64,000 nt of DNA from a virus, in the IMG/VR virus record IMGVR_UViG_3300045594_000099, positions 1 to 64,000 of that record; one strand, given 5' to 3'. Each line of letters opens with the position of its first letter. Position 1 is the stretch's first letter. Positions 18,051 to 26,749 of the stretch are shown piece after piece. The notes beneath the pieces are model-generated. The model worked only from the letters and a program-made list of their open reading frames with translations, was not told where the DNA came from and did not search any database. Both the position numbers and the translations under genes were made by a program.

Positions 18051-18127
18051 AGCTCGCTATCTCCTCATTCTTATAAAATGCTGAAAGAGTAATTGGTGAC
18101 ATAAGAGTTCGAATCTCTTGCGAGCTA
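18051..18127 (+). other. tRNA-like element (perfect acceptor stem plus canonical T-arm, no anticodon or D arm found)
   Basis: agctcgc...aagagTTCGAATctctt-gcgagct-a; I tested all 5-bp/7-nt-loop registers and found no anticodon arm. Confidence 0.35.
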
Positions 18128-18175
18128 CGATAAAATTGAAAGAAGACTAGAAAGAAGATACTATAAGACATATTA

Positions 18176-18217
18176 GCATTATTTAGCATTATTTAGCGTA
18201 TAGACGCATTATTTAGC
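18176..18217. repeat. Iteron-like direct repeats GCATTATTTAGC (three copies, two in tandem)
   Basis: gcattatttagcattatttagc-gtatagac-gcattatttagc, plus a partial aagcattaag, in the gap before 18249. Confidence 0.6.
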
Positions 18218-18248
18218 ATAGTTTAAGCATTAAGAAAGTGGATACGAT

Positions 18249-19064
18249 ATGTCTAACTATCAAGATCTATTCGAACAGTATCGCAAAAAAGTAGAGAACA
18301 ATTACAGAAATAGCGTCAATCTCATTGGTGTTACGGAAGAAAATCCGAAGATCTACATCCAGCTTCTTCAGAATGGGCTGTTCGCTATTCCATTCTATCG
18401 CTGGCATAAAGTGTTTGACGGTGGCAAGAATCGAAACTTCATTGCTCGGTCATTCCTTGGCAAGCCAGATTTCATTCACGATCATTTTCATGAAGACCCT
18501 AAGCCTCGTTATGTAGGTAGAGTCCTGCAGCTTGATCGAGACGGCAAAGACTTGACTCCAATGATTGAAGACATTGTCACTACTCAAGAGAAAGCTGACA
18601 AGGTGCTTTCAAAGTTCCCGAATCTTGAGCATTCAGATTACAATGGCAAAGTCACATTCAAGAATCTGTATCGAATTGGCTTCATCAATGTCGGAAAATC
18701 TGTTGATGGTGAGGTAGCTGGCATTCTTGAAGAGTTTGGAGACATTACGTCTACGCCGCTGTCTTTCTCTCGCAAAGGTGAGAAGCTAGAGACTTCATAC
18801 AGTGTCATTCCAGCTAGGGAAGCTAAGCTAGATGCAGACATTCTTACAGCGTCAGTTCTTGCTTCTGCTACTATCGACGACTATGTCGATATCTTTGCAT
18901 CTGAGAAGCGATACAACAAAGCATTCAATCTGAATCAAGACTCTGAAAGCAAAGCTGCATCAGAAGAGTCTGTTGCTTCGAAAGCAGATGAAGATGATGC
19001 AGAATCTAAAACAGACAGCAAGCAAGATATCGCTGCAGCAATCAATGATCTGTGGAAAGACTAG
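18249..19064 (+). CDS. Hypothetical protein, possible ssDNA-binding protein
   Basis: Position just upstream of recA-like gene and an acidic C-terminal tail (ADEDDAESKTDSKQD); no OB motif verified. Confidence 0.3.
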   Translation: MSNYQDLFEQYRKKVENNYRNSVNLIGVTEENPKIYIQLLQNGLFAIPFYRWHKVFDGGKNRNFIARSFLGKPDFIHDHFHEDPKPRYVGRVLQLDRDGKDLTPMIEDIVTTQEKADKVLSKFPNLEHSDYNGKVTFKNLYRIGFINVGKSVDGEVAGILEEFGDITSTPLSFSRKGEKLETSYSVIPAREAKLDADILTASVLASATIDDYVDIFASEKRYNKAFNLNQDSESKAASEESVASKADEDDAESKTDSKQDIAAAINDLWKD

Positions 19065-19262
19065 AAGTTCTGTAGAATCTAGATCATTCTCAGATTTCGG
19101 TTCATTCACGAACATATAAGATGAGTTCATGCCAGTCTCTGCATCATAAGAATATTATGAATATAGTATTATATATTCAATTGATTAGCTATGGTCAGAG
19201 ATTGGCATTCTCATTATTTTTCAACTGATTCAGATTCACGTTGTAAGGCAAAAGAATACAAT

Positions 19263-20546
19263 ATGGTAACAGCTATCGATAAGCTTAAAGCTAGTCTTAA
19301 GTCTCAATTTGGGGATATATCTGCTATGTCTCCAAGTGAGATACCAAACAAGGGTGTTGTTTCTACAGGCTCATTAGGAATAGACTACATGGTCGGTTCT
19401 AAGCATGGTATGGGCGTGCCAAGAAACATTGTAGTAGAGCTAGGTGGAATGCCAGGCTCATCAAAGTCTTCGCTTTCATTTTCGATAATAGAGCATGTTC
19501 TTGAATTGGAGTTCTACAGAGCTTGCTTCAAGCGAAAAGTAGAGAAGCTAGTATCTCAAGGAAAATTCGAAAAAGGTGAATTAGACTGGTTCAACAAATT
19601 CTATGATGAGCAGATAGCAGACTTGCATGTATGGAATGAGCAAGAGAAGAATGATGCTGTAGATGCAGAGACATTGACAGATGAAGAGAAGCAGTCTGTC
19701 ATAGAGAATGACATGAGAAATGCTATCTATCTAGATGTCGAAGGCAGATTCGACAAGGAATGGGCGTCTCATTTCATCAAAGAAGAGTTCTTCAACAAGC
19801 TCATTCTTGTCTGGCCTGATACGGCAGAGCAAGCGACTGACATGTACGTAGAAGCTTTGCGAACTGGCACTATAGCGGTTGCAGTATTCGATTCCATAGG
19901 CGGAGCTCCATCTCAAAGGACATACTGGAAGTCAGCTACATCTGGAAATGTAGGTGGCAATGCATTAGCTATCACTAGATTCTCGCAATTCGCTCAGAAC
20001 ATGTCAAACAAGTATACATGTCTGACAATCGGAATCAACCAGGTCAGAGCAGACATGAGCGGATATCATCAGTACATAACTCCTGGTGGTCTTGGATGGC
20101 AGCACGCATGCTCTTTGAGAATCGAACTGAAGCGCAAGAACAAAGATGTCGTATATGATATCGAACCAGGTACAGTAGACTCACAATACATATGCGGATA
20201 CAAAGTAGCTGCAAGACTGCATAAGAATTCTATTGGCATGTCTAAGCAAGCTTGTGAGTTCTGGTTCTACACTAATGATTGCAGATATGGAAAAGCTGGC
20301 TTTGGCACTATAGAAGAGCTCATCAATCTTGCGACTCTATGTGGAGAGGTAGAAAAGGGTGCTGCTGGAGTGTATCGATCAGGATACTTCCCAGATGGCA
20401 AGATTCGTGGCTACGACAAGATGGTCAACTACATAAAGAACGATGAAGGCGTATACAATCAGCTATATGAAGACATGAAGTCTAGATTGATGGCTGGTGA
20501 CATACGAAATGCTGTCACAGAATTCAATGATGCTGACGAAGAATAA
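19263..20546 (+). CDS. recA: RecA-family recombinase with an approximately 80-aa insertion after the P-loop
   Basis: SQFGDISAM..VVSTGSLGIDYMVG..GVPRNIVVELGGMPGSSKSS matches the RecA N-terminus and Walker A; YLDVEGRFD; Walker B VAVFDSIGG; start taken at ATG 19263 (MVTAIDKL). Confidence 0.8.
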   Translation: MVTAIDKLKASLKSQFGDISAMSPSEIPNKGVVSTGSLGIDYMVGSKHGMGVPRNIVVELGGMPGSSKSSLSFSIIEHVLELEFYRACFKRKVEKLVSQGKFEKGELDWFNKFYDEQIADLHVWNEQEKNDAVDAETLTDEEKQSVIENDMRNAIYLDVEGRFDKEWASHFIKEEFFNKLILVWPDTAEQATDMYVEALRTGTIAVAVFDSIGGAPSQRTYWKSATSGNVGGNALAITRFSQFAQNMSNKYTCLTIGINQVRADMSGYHQYITPGGLGWQHACSLRIELKRKNKDVVYDIEPGTVDSQYICGYKVAARLHKNSIGMSKQACEFWFYTNDCRYGKAGFGTIEELINLATLCGEVEKGAAGVYRSGYFPDGKIRGYDKMVNYIKNDEGVYNQLYEDMKSRLMAGDIRNAVTEFNDADEE

Positions 20547-20551
20547 CAAAT

Positions 20552-20580
20552 TTTACTTTTGATTGCCTATAGTATATAAT
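20552..20580 (+). promoter_or_regulatory. Conserved cassette promoter (TTTACT-17-TATAAT)
   Basis: aaATTTTACTTTtgattgcctatagTATATAATATAA directly after recA stop. Confidence 0.7.
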
Positions 20581-20604
20581 ATAATTATAGACTTGGAGAC
20601 GACA

Positions 20605-21147
20605 ATGGCTAATTCTCATGAAAGCTTCCCAGACTGGCATCAGCATGAAAAAGACATATCTGACATGATTCAAGCTGATCAGACCACAGCTTCTGGTTCC
20701 GTATGGTATGACAAGACTGATGTGACGACAAGAGAGCACCCATTAGATAGAGAAGTGCAATTCCAAGCAGATGGAAAGTCAACTCACTTCAGCAAATATT
20801 CTATCGATGTGCATTTCATGGAAGAGAACAGAATTCGTGCAGTGAAGACTGGCAAGATCTTCCTTCTCCCTGTTCGTTTCGAACTTACGCCAGACAGACA
20901 TGAGAAATACGACTATGTCGTTCTGTCAATGGACGATTTCAGATTCGTCACTGGTCTAGACGAAGTGAAAAGCATACGAGAGAAAGATGCTAATCGCAAG
21001 AACAAAGAAGCTGCATTCAAGAACAAGATATCAGCAGTCATTGAGTCGCTCTACAATATGGCTGCAGACAACAAGCTGTCTTCAAATGAGCTAAACATCA
21101 TATACAAAGCTTGCGATGTTCTCGATGAAGGCACGAATGAACTGTGA
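20605..21147 (+). CDS. Hypothetical protein, possible Hjc-like PD-(D/E)xK nuclease
   Basis: ATG 20605 after ggagacgaca; EKDISDMIQ..ASGSVWYDKTDV..FQADGKST loosely matches the E..SG..D..ExK pattern of archaeal-type resolvases. Confidence 0.3.
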   Translation: MANSHESFPDWHQHEKDISDMIQADQTTASGSVWYDKTDVTTREHPLDREVQFQADGKSTHFSKYSIDVHFMEENRIRAVKTGKIFLLPVRFELTPDRHEKYDYVVLSMDDFRFVTGLDEVKSIREKDANRKNKEAAFKNKISAVIESLYNMAADNKLSSNELNIIYKACDVLDEGTNEL

Positions 21148-21704
21148 CAGATTCATTAGAGCTTGTATCTGCTGTTGCGCAGTCTAACAAAGAGAGACTT
21201 GCAAAGTCTAGCATATGTAGGATATGCTCTCTAGAAGTATCTGAAAGACGAGTCTTAGAGCAGCTTATAGCTTGTGGAGTGCCCAATACTGTAATCATAC
21301 ATATTGCGAGCCAGATGTTCAATATCGAGATCAATGGCTCTATTATAGCTAAGCACATCGATCATCTTCCTGCTAAGCTGTTCATGTACAAGGAGATAAT
21401 AGAGAGACGAGCTAAAGAAGCTGGCATATCGCCAGATGATACTGCTAGCAGACTTACTCCAGTCGCTTACATAGAGATGCTTCTCAATGATGCAGCTCAG
21501 ACACTTATTGACAATCCTAAAAGCACTAATGCATTTGTTGGGATGCAAGCTGCCAAGACTTTGATAGACATCGAAGGGAACAAGGCTTCTCAAGACGATG
21601 TCATGCTTTGGGTTTCTAAGTTCAGGCAATTGGTTGGTGCTATGAAGACTGTATGCTCGCAAGATCAGATAGACAAGATACTGAAAGTTGTAGAAGATGA
21701 GTGA
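21144..21704 (+). CDS. Hypothetical protein
   Basis: 186-aa ORF overlapping neighbours by 4 and 8 nt; CRIC pair and possible HTH, not assignable. Confidence 0.55.
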   Translation: MTDSLELVSAVAQSNKERLAKSSICRICSLEVSERRVLEQLIACGVPNTVIIHIASQMFNIEINGSIIAKHIDHLPAKLFMYKEIIERRAKEAGISPDDTASRLTPVAYIEMLLNDAAQTLIDNPKSTNAFVGMQAAKTLIDIEGNKASQDDVMLWVSKFRQLVGAMKTVCSQDQIDKILKVVEDE

Positions 21705-22002
21705 GTCTGATGTATCAAAAGAAGAAGCTGAGCAGAAGTTCGATGATTTCAGAAAGACAAAAGCTTTGCTTCCATGTCAGTATCTGCCATCTGCTTATTT
21801 CTACAGACGATACTGGATATGGTCTTCGCCTACTGATGTTGATGACATAAGAGTCGTAAAGAATGTTTGCGATACTTGTCCTCTTAAAGAAGAATGCAGG
21901 GAAGTCGGCAAAGACGAGCCTTATGGCATTTGGGGTAATGAATATAGAGAGCACTGGGCTGAAAGACGAGATCTTGATAAAGATAGAGAGCCTTATGCGT
22001 AG
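21697..22002 (+). CDS. WhiB-like (Wbl) Fe-S transcription factor
   Basis: Four Cys in Wbl spacing (LPCQY ... VCDTCPLKEEC) followed by YGIWGN, the G(V/I)WGG turn. Confidence 0.7.
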   Translation: MSESDVSKEEAEQKFDDFRKTKALLPCQYLPSAYFYRRYWIWSSPTDVDDIRVVKNVCDTCPLKEECREVGKDEPYGIWGNEYREHWAERRDLDKDREPYA

Positions 22003-22024
22003 TTTCTAGTTTTTGTCATATGAT

Positions 22025-22053
22025 TGTACATTGTCAATCATTTGATATATAAT
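22025..22053 (+). promoter_or_regulatory. Cassette promoter variant (TGTACA-17-TATAAT)
   Basis: attGTACAttgtcaatcatttgataTATAATaaaaat upstream of 22091. Confidence 0.55.
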
Positions 22054-22090
22054 AAAAATATTATAAAATACAAAAAAGAAAGGATTCATT

Positions 22091-22522
22091 TTGAGTAAGA
22101 ACAACAAAGACTTTCTAAGTAAGAAAGCTTCGCAATTTGATTGGGAAGATGTCCTCAATTCGCAAATGGCATTGCAATCTGCTTATCGTGTAGATTTGAA
22201 TGCTAAAGGCAAAGACAAATGCCGTCTGATAAAAGACATGGCTTTCTCATGCGAATCAGAACTTCATGAAATGTTGCAATGCGTTTCATGGAGAGACTGG
22301 TCTGATAGCGATGACATAGATGAAGATGGCGTAAAAGAAGAATTACGAGACTCTTTCCAATTCTTTGTCAACCTTATGCTCATAATGAAAATGTCGCCTG
22401 AAGAGCTATTTGAAAGAATCAAGTCCAAGCAGAATAAGAATTGGGACAGAATTTCTTCTAATTACAGTGAGCATATCAATTCTAAGGATTCTGATGGATC
22501 AGACTATAGTAATGCAATCTGA
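22091..22522 (+). CDS. All-alpha NTP pyrophosphohydrolase (dimeric dUTPase / MazG-like)
   Basis: aaagga-6 nt-TTG start; CESELHEMLQCVSWRDW...EELRDSFQFFVNLML matches the E..E...wK.W....EL.D..fF pattern of dUTPase_2/MazG folds. Confidence 0.45.
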   Translation: MSKNNKDFLSKKASQFDWEDVLNSQMALQSAYRVDLNAKGKDKCRLIKDMAFSCESELHEMLQCVSWRDWSDSDDIDEDGVKEELRDSFQFFVNLMLIMKMSPEELFERIKSKQNKNWDRISSNYSEHINSKDSDGSDYSNAI

Positions 22523-23285
22523 ACCTTCTATGTCTGATGAAGAAATGCGATATGACTTTCTTTCAGACAGAGATGTTCTTTATGTCTATTCTGTATATCC
22601 TGAATCTAAAAAGAAGTCATGGTGCCCGACTTGCAATGGTAGTGACGCTAATTGCGATCATGAATTGCAAAGGCAATTGTTCAAGCATTATGCAAATGCA
22701 GGCATAGGTCTTACATATCAACGGCTTTCATGGAAAGACTACAATGGGCCTGAAGATGTGAAGAAATTCTGTCAGATATATGCAAGTCAGTCTAAAGCTT
22801 TCAAAGAGAACAATGTCGGACTAATGCTTCTTGGCAATAATGGAACAGGCAAGACTACTGTAATGTCATTGCTATTGAAAGACTTGGTAAGACAAAGAGC
22901 TAAGTGCTTCTTCACAACGTATTCGAATCTAGTTCAAATGCTTGGTGGCTCGTTTTACGATGAAGATGCAAGACGACTTTATGCTGACAAGATTATCAAG
23001 TCTACTTTCTTGGCTATAGACGACATAGGCAAAGAGATGGCTAACAAGTTGACTGTAAATGCTATCGATAATGTTCTTAGACAAAGAGTGCAAGCTTCTA
23101 GACCTACTTTCCTTACATCGAACATGACTAGAGGTCAGATAATGAATGAGTATGGAAGATCTGCTTTCAGTCTGATAGCTGAGACCTCTAATGCATTCGA
23201 TTTTGACGGATACGATGTCAGACCAGATGTAAGAAAGCGAAAGCTTGAAGATGCAGCTAAGGGTATCATTCATCCCATCATTTGA
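22512..23285 (+). CDS. DnaC/IstB-like AAA+ helicase loader
   Basis: Walker A LLGNNGTGKTT; Walker B FLAIDDIGKE; sensor RPTFLTSNM; start taken at ATG 22512. Confidence 0.75.
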   Translation: MQSEPSMSDEEMRYDFLSDRDVLYVYSVYPESKKKSWCPTCNGSDANCDHELQRQLFKHYANAGIGLTYQRLSWKDYNGPEDVKKFCQIYASQSKAFKENNVGLMLLGNNGTGKTTVMSLLLKDLVRQRAKCFFTTYSNLVQMLGGSFYDEDARRLYADKIIKSTFLAIDDIGKEMANKLTVNAIDNVLRQRVQASRPTFLTSNMTRGQIMNEYGRSAFSLIAETSNAFDFDGYDVRPDVRKRKLEDAAKGIIHPII

Positions 23286-23304
23286 AAGAATGTAACAACA
23301 GCTT

Positions 23305-24597
23305 ATGGAAGAAGCAACTAAATTAGAAGACATGGCTGTCTACTTGATGACAGATCTGACTTCATTGAAGAGAATGTACTCTCTTGGTCTTAGAGAGAGT
23401 TATTTCGAAGAGATTCAGAACAAGAAAGCATTTGCATTCTCTGTAGAATACTGGCAAGGATCGAATCTTAAGAAAGCGCCTACTTGTAGTCTGCTTGAAA
23501 AGGAAGTCCCAAGTCTTCATGTGAAATCGACAGACGTATCTGCAACATACATTGTAGAAGCTCTTAAGAAACGGCTTATATCAAACAGGATGAAAAGAGC
23601 TTTGCTGGATTCAGCAGACTCTTTGAAAGAGCATCCAAAAGAAGCACTAGAAATTCTGTCTAATCAGCTATGGTCTATTTCGAAGCAAGCTAAAGACAGA
23701 AAGAATGTTTCAGAACTGTATGATACTGTAGAAAGTCGAAAAGAAAGATATCATAAACGCTCAGAAATGTCTAAGAATGGCATAATGGGCGCATCTATTG
23801 GTTTTCCTGAAATCGATCAAGTCACTATGGGTCTTGCAAATGGAGAGCTATGTACAATAGCAGCACCTACTAAGACTGGTAAGACTTGGATTGGTCTAAA
23901 GATTGTTGCAGAAGCTATGAAAGCTAAGAAGAGAGCAGTCTTCTTCACGCTTGAGCTTTCTGTAGCAGATATAGAAGATAGACTTGACGCTATTCTATCA
24001 GGTGTCTCATATGCAAGGCTTTCTACAGGTACTTTGTCTTCTATAGAAGTCGGAAAGCTGTCAAAGATTCAGCAGTCGTACGATTCATATGGACAAGTGC
24101 TGATTTCTAAGCCACGAATAGGTGAAAGAACAGTTCCAGACATGATGAAAGTAATACGAGATTTTGATGCGGAGTTAGTAGTCATAGATCAGCTTTCATT
24201 CATGGAAGCATCGAATCCTGGAACATCAAAGACAGAGAACGCATCTAGAATAATCGATGAGCTTAAGATGTCGGTATCTGAAGACGAAGACAGCATGATT
24301 CCAGTCTACTTGCTTTCTCAGATGAATAGAGCTGCATCTTTTACTGAAAATGGAAGAGGAAAGCTTACAAATATAGCTCTTACATCAAATATAGAGAATG
24401 CTTCTGATCTGATAATCGGTCTTGGTGCTACAAAAGAGCAAAGAATCAACAATACAATGGTCGTAGAAATCTTGGGTTCAAGAAGAACAAGTATGCGATC
24501 GTGGCTAATATATCGAAATCTTCAAGATAAGACAGACTTCCACGTCATAAAAGAAATGACTGACGATGAAGACGCAAGTGAAGAGGGAGAATCGTGA
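23305..24597 (+). CDS. dnaB: DnaB-family replicative helicase
   Basis: GFPEIDQVTMGLANGELCTIAAPTKTGKTWIGLKI; Walker B VVIDQLSFM; LLSQMNRA. Confidence 0.85.
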   Translation: MEEATKLEDMAVYLMTDLTSLKRMYSLGLRESYFEEIQNKKAFAFSVEYWQGSNLKKAPTCSLLEKEVPSLHVKSTDVSATYIVEALKKRLISNRMKRALLDSADSLKEHPKEALEILSNQLWSISKQAKDRKNVSELYDTVESRKERYHKRSEMSKNGIMGASIGFPEIDQVTMGLANGELCTIAAPTKTGKTWIGLKIVAEAMKAKKRAVFFTLELSVADIEDRLDAILSGVSYARLSTGTLSSIEVGKLSKIQQSYDSYGQVLISKPRIGERTVPDMMKVIRDFDAELVVIDQLSFMEASNPGTSKTENASRIIDELKMSVSEDEDSMIPVYLLSQMNRAASFTENGRGKLTNIALTSNIENASDLIIGLGATKEQRINNTMVVEILGSRRTSMRSWLIYRNLQDKTDFHVIKEMTDDEDASEEGES

Positions 24598-25643
24598 TGC
24601 AGTATGTTTCTGGAAGAGGACTTAGAATTGCTTTTGTAACGCATAAAGGCAATCTGAATGGAAGTCTGACATGGTTCAATTCTATGAAGGAGATAGAGTT
24701 TTTGAAGCAAGTATTCAAGGGCTCTGTGGTTGATGGCGTAAGCATGAAGCCAGATGCTAAAGATTTCAATACTACATTCAAGCAGGCGTCTAAAAGACGT
24801 TATGACCTGATCGTCATGAACATTCAGAAGAAGTATGCTTCTGAAAGAACGCATGCTGGCTTCAAAATGATGAATGACTTCATCAAGCAATCTGAAGCGC
24901 CTGTGCTAGCGCTTATAGATGATGTAGTGATAGCAGAATCGCCATCTACGAACATGTCCTCTTTCGACAACAAGATGGCAGTGCTAGGAATGAAGATAGA
25001 CAGCAAGAAGCTAAAAGACGCTGGATATCATAATGTCGTCATCTCAAACAGAATCAAAGGCATGTCTGTCATGCTGAAGTCAGATAGACGTTTCATGACT
25101 TCTGCTAAGCCTGTAGACTTCGCTTACATTGGAATGCTTCGCAACAAGAGACTTAGATTAGTAGTAGATGCTTTCAATGCTCTTTCGAAAGCAGGATATT
25201 CATGCAAATTCTATGGAGCTGATGCTATCTATGACATGGATTCGGAAGAATCTTCTAGCATTCTAGATTATGTTGAGTTTGAAGTGCTTGACAAAGTTGA
25301 TGCTGACAAAGTAGTGGACGTCATGTCTGAAGCTAGATACTCCATTCTTCCAAGATACGATTATGGAAAAGACATACTCTCAAATAGGATATACGAAGAT
25401 GATTCTGCTAATTGCTTGATGCTAGTTGATGAGCAATATGGCCTGCATGACTTGTTCGATAAAGAAGTGCGATATCAGAATGACAAGGATCTGATAGCTT
25501 TAGTCAAGCTGTTCGATGATCATCCAGAACTGCAGTCGTACATGCTTGACCAGCAGCATGTTAGCGTAGATAGAGAATATCATGCTTCCAGAGCAGAGCT
25601 AGAGCAAGCTTTGATAGATTCTGTAAAAGAGCTTCTGCGATGA
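24594..25643 (+). CDS. T4 beta-glucosyltransferase-like protein (candidate DNA hydroxymethyl-pyrimidine glycosyltransferase)
   Basis: 349 aa versus 351 aa for T4 Bgt as I remember it. Collinear blocks by eye: RIAFVTHKGNL / KIAIINMGNNV; YDLIVMN / YDRLIVVN; DFAYIGMLRNKRLR..CKFYG / DVIYGGSFRSGQRE..IEFFG; LSNRIYEDDSANCLMLVDEQYG / ITLRVWETMASDAVMLIDEEFD. Confidence 0.5.
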   Translation: MMQYVSGRGLRIAFVTHKGNLNGSLTWFNSMKEIEFLKQVFKGSVVDGVSMKPDAKDFNTTFKQASKRRYDLIVMNIQKKYASERTHAGFKMMNDFIKQSEAPVLALIDDVVIAESPSTNMSSFDNKMAVLGMKIDSKKLKDAGYHNVVISNRIKGMSVMLKSDRRFMTSAKPVDFAYIGMLRNKRLRLVVDAFNALSKAGYSCKFYGADAIYDMDSEESSSILDYVEFEVLDKVDADKVVDVMSEARYSILPRYDYGKDILSNRIYEDDSANCLMLVDEQYGLHDLFDKEVRYQNDKDLIALVKLFDDHPELQSYMLDQQHVSVDREYHASRAELEQALIDSVKELLR

Positions 25644-26557
25644 GCTTAGGAAGACTTTCTGCTATAGAGATAATCAGAAGATATCGTCCAGACAGCAGAA
25701 TCATAGTAAGCGGAAGCTGGATACGACATTCTTGCATAATCGATACGGTAGATCCGCATCACAATCACGGTGACAGAAATCCATCTGCAGGTCTGAATAG
25801 CCAATCTGGTGCTTATCTTTGCTTTGCATATTCTGCTCATGCTTTGTCATTCAACAAGCTGAAGCAGATAATGCATCTGCAGTATGACTTCGAGTCTGAA
25901 AGAAGAGAGCTGCCATCTGACTTCAAGAAAGCTATGGAGTCTAAAGTATCGAATGACGACAAGCATTTCATTGACTTAAGACCATACAAGCGAGTCAATC
26001 ATCAATACATGCTAGATAGGGGCTTTCTAGAGTCTACTCTTGATGCTGCAGACATAAGGTATGACGACATCAATGAAAGAATAGTCATACCAGTGTATGA
26101 AGATGGAATGTGCGTAGGATATCAAAGCAGAGCAATAAGAGATTCTCAGTTCCCAAGATACAAGAACAGCAAGGGCTTCGACAAGTCAGATCATGTCTAT
26201 TCGATATCTGCTTTAGACGAATCTATGCCATTGATCGTATTCGAGTCACCAATGTCTGTAATGCGAGCTTATGACTATGGCATGACTAATTGCATTGCGA
26301 CATTCGGAAGCAAGATATCAAGTACACAAGCATCATTCATCAATAAGTTCAGAGATGTATTGCTATGGTTCGATGGTGATGGTGCTGGTCAATGGGGAAT
26401 AAAGCAGGCAATCAAGAAGCTATCAGCTACTGACCTTAGGATAGTGGATTCGAAAGACCTTGGCACTAAAGACATCGCTGACATAAGTCAGAATGAAGCT
26501 ATAGTCAAGATAGTCTCAGCTAAGACTGCTTTAGAATACGCTATTGATTATATTTGA
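25640..26557 (+). CDS. dnaG: DnaG-type primase (TOPRIM)
   Basis: Zinc-binding-like SCIIDTVDPHHNHGDRNPSAGLN..YLCFAYSAH; RNA-pol core VIPVYEDGMCVGYQSRAI; TOPRIM LIVFESPMSVM and LWFDGDGAG. Confidence 0.8.
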   Translation: MSLGRLSAIEIIRRYRPDSRIIVSGSWIRHSCIIDTVDPHHNHGDRNPSAGLNSQSGAYLCFAYSAHALSFNKLKQIMHLQYDFESERRELPSDFKKAMESKVSNDDKHFIDLRPYKRVNHQYMLDRGFLESTLDAADIRYDDINERIVIPVYEDGMCVGYQSRAIRDSQFPRYKNSKGFDKSDHVYSISALDESMPLIVFESPMSVMRAYDYGMTNCIATFGSKISSTQASFINKFRDVLLWFDGDGAGQWGIKQAIKKLSATDLRIVDSKDLGTKDIADISQNEAIVKIVSAKTALEYAIDYI

Positions 26558-26583
26558 CATTAGATAGCTATTCAGTATATCAC

Positions 26584-26683
26584 CAGAATTACGACGTTTA
26601 TCTCTATGAACTTCAAGTATCAAATATATATAATTATATATACCAAAAATTCTAAGTCATTAGAGAACAACGTCGTTAATCTG
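26584..26683. repeat. Palindromic intergenic element, copy 3 (arms in flipped orientation)
   Basis: cagaattacgacgtttatctctatgaac..aaatatatataattatatata..gtcattagagaacaacgtcgttaatctg. Confidence 0.85.
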
Positions 26684-26691
26684 TACTCGAT

Positions 26692-26720
26692 TTTACAATT
26701 GTTCAATAATGATATATAAT
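26692..26720 (+). promoter_or_regulatory. Conserved cassette promoter (TTTACA-17-TATAAT)
   Basis: cGATTTTACAattgttcaataatgataTATAATATAA, abutting palindrome copy 3. Confidence 0.75.
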
Positions 26721-26749
26721 ATAAATATAGTTGAATAGAAAGGACTCAA

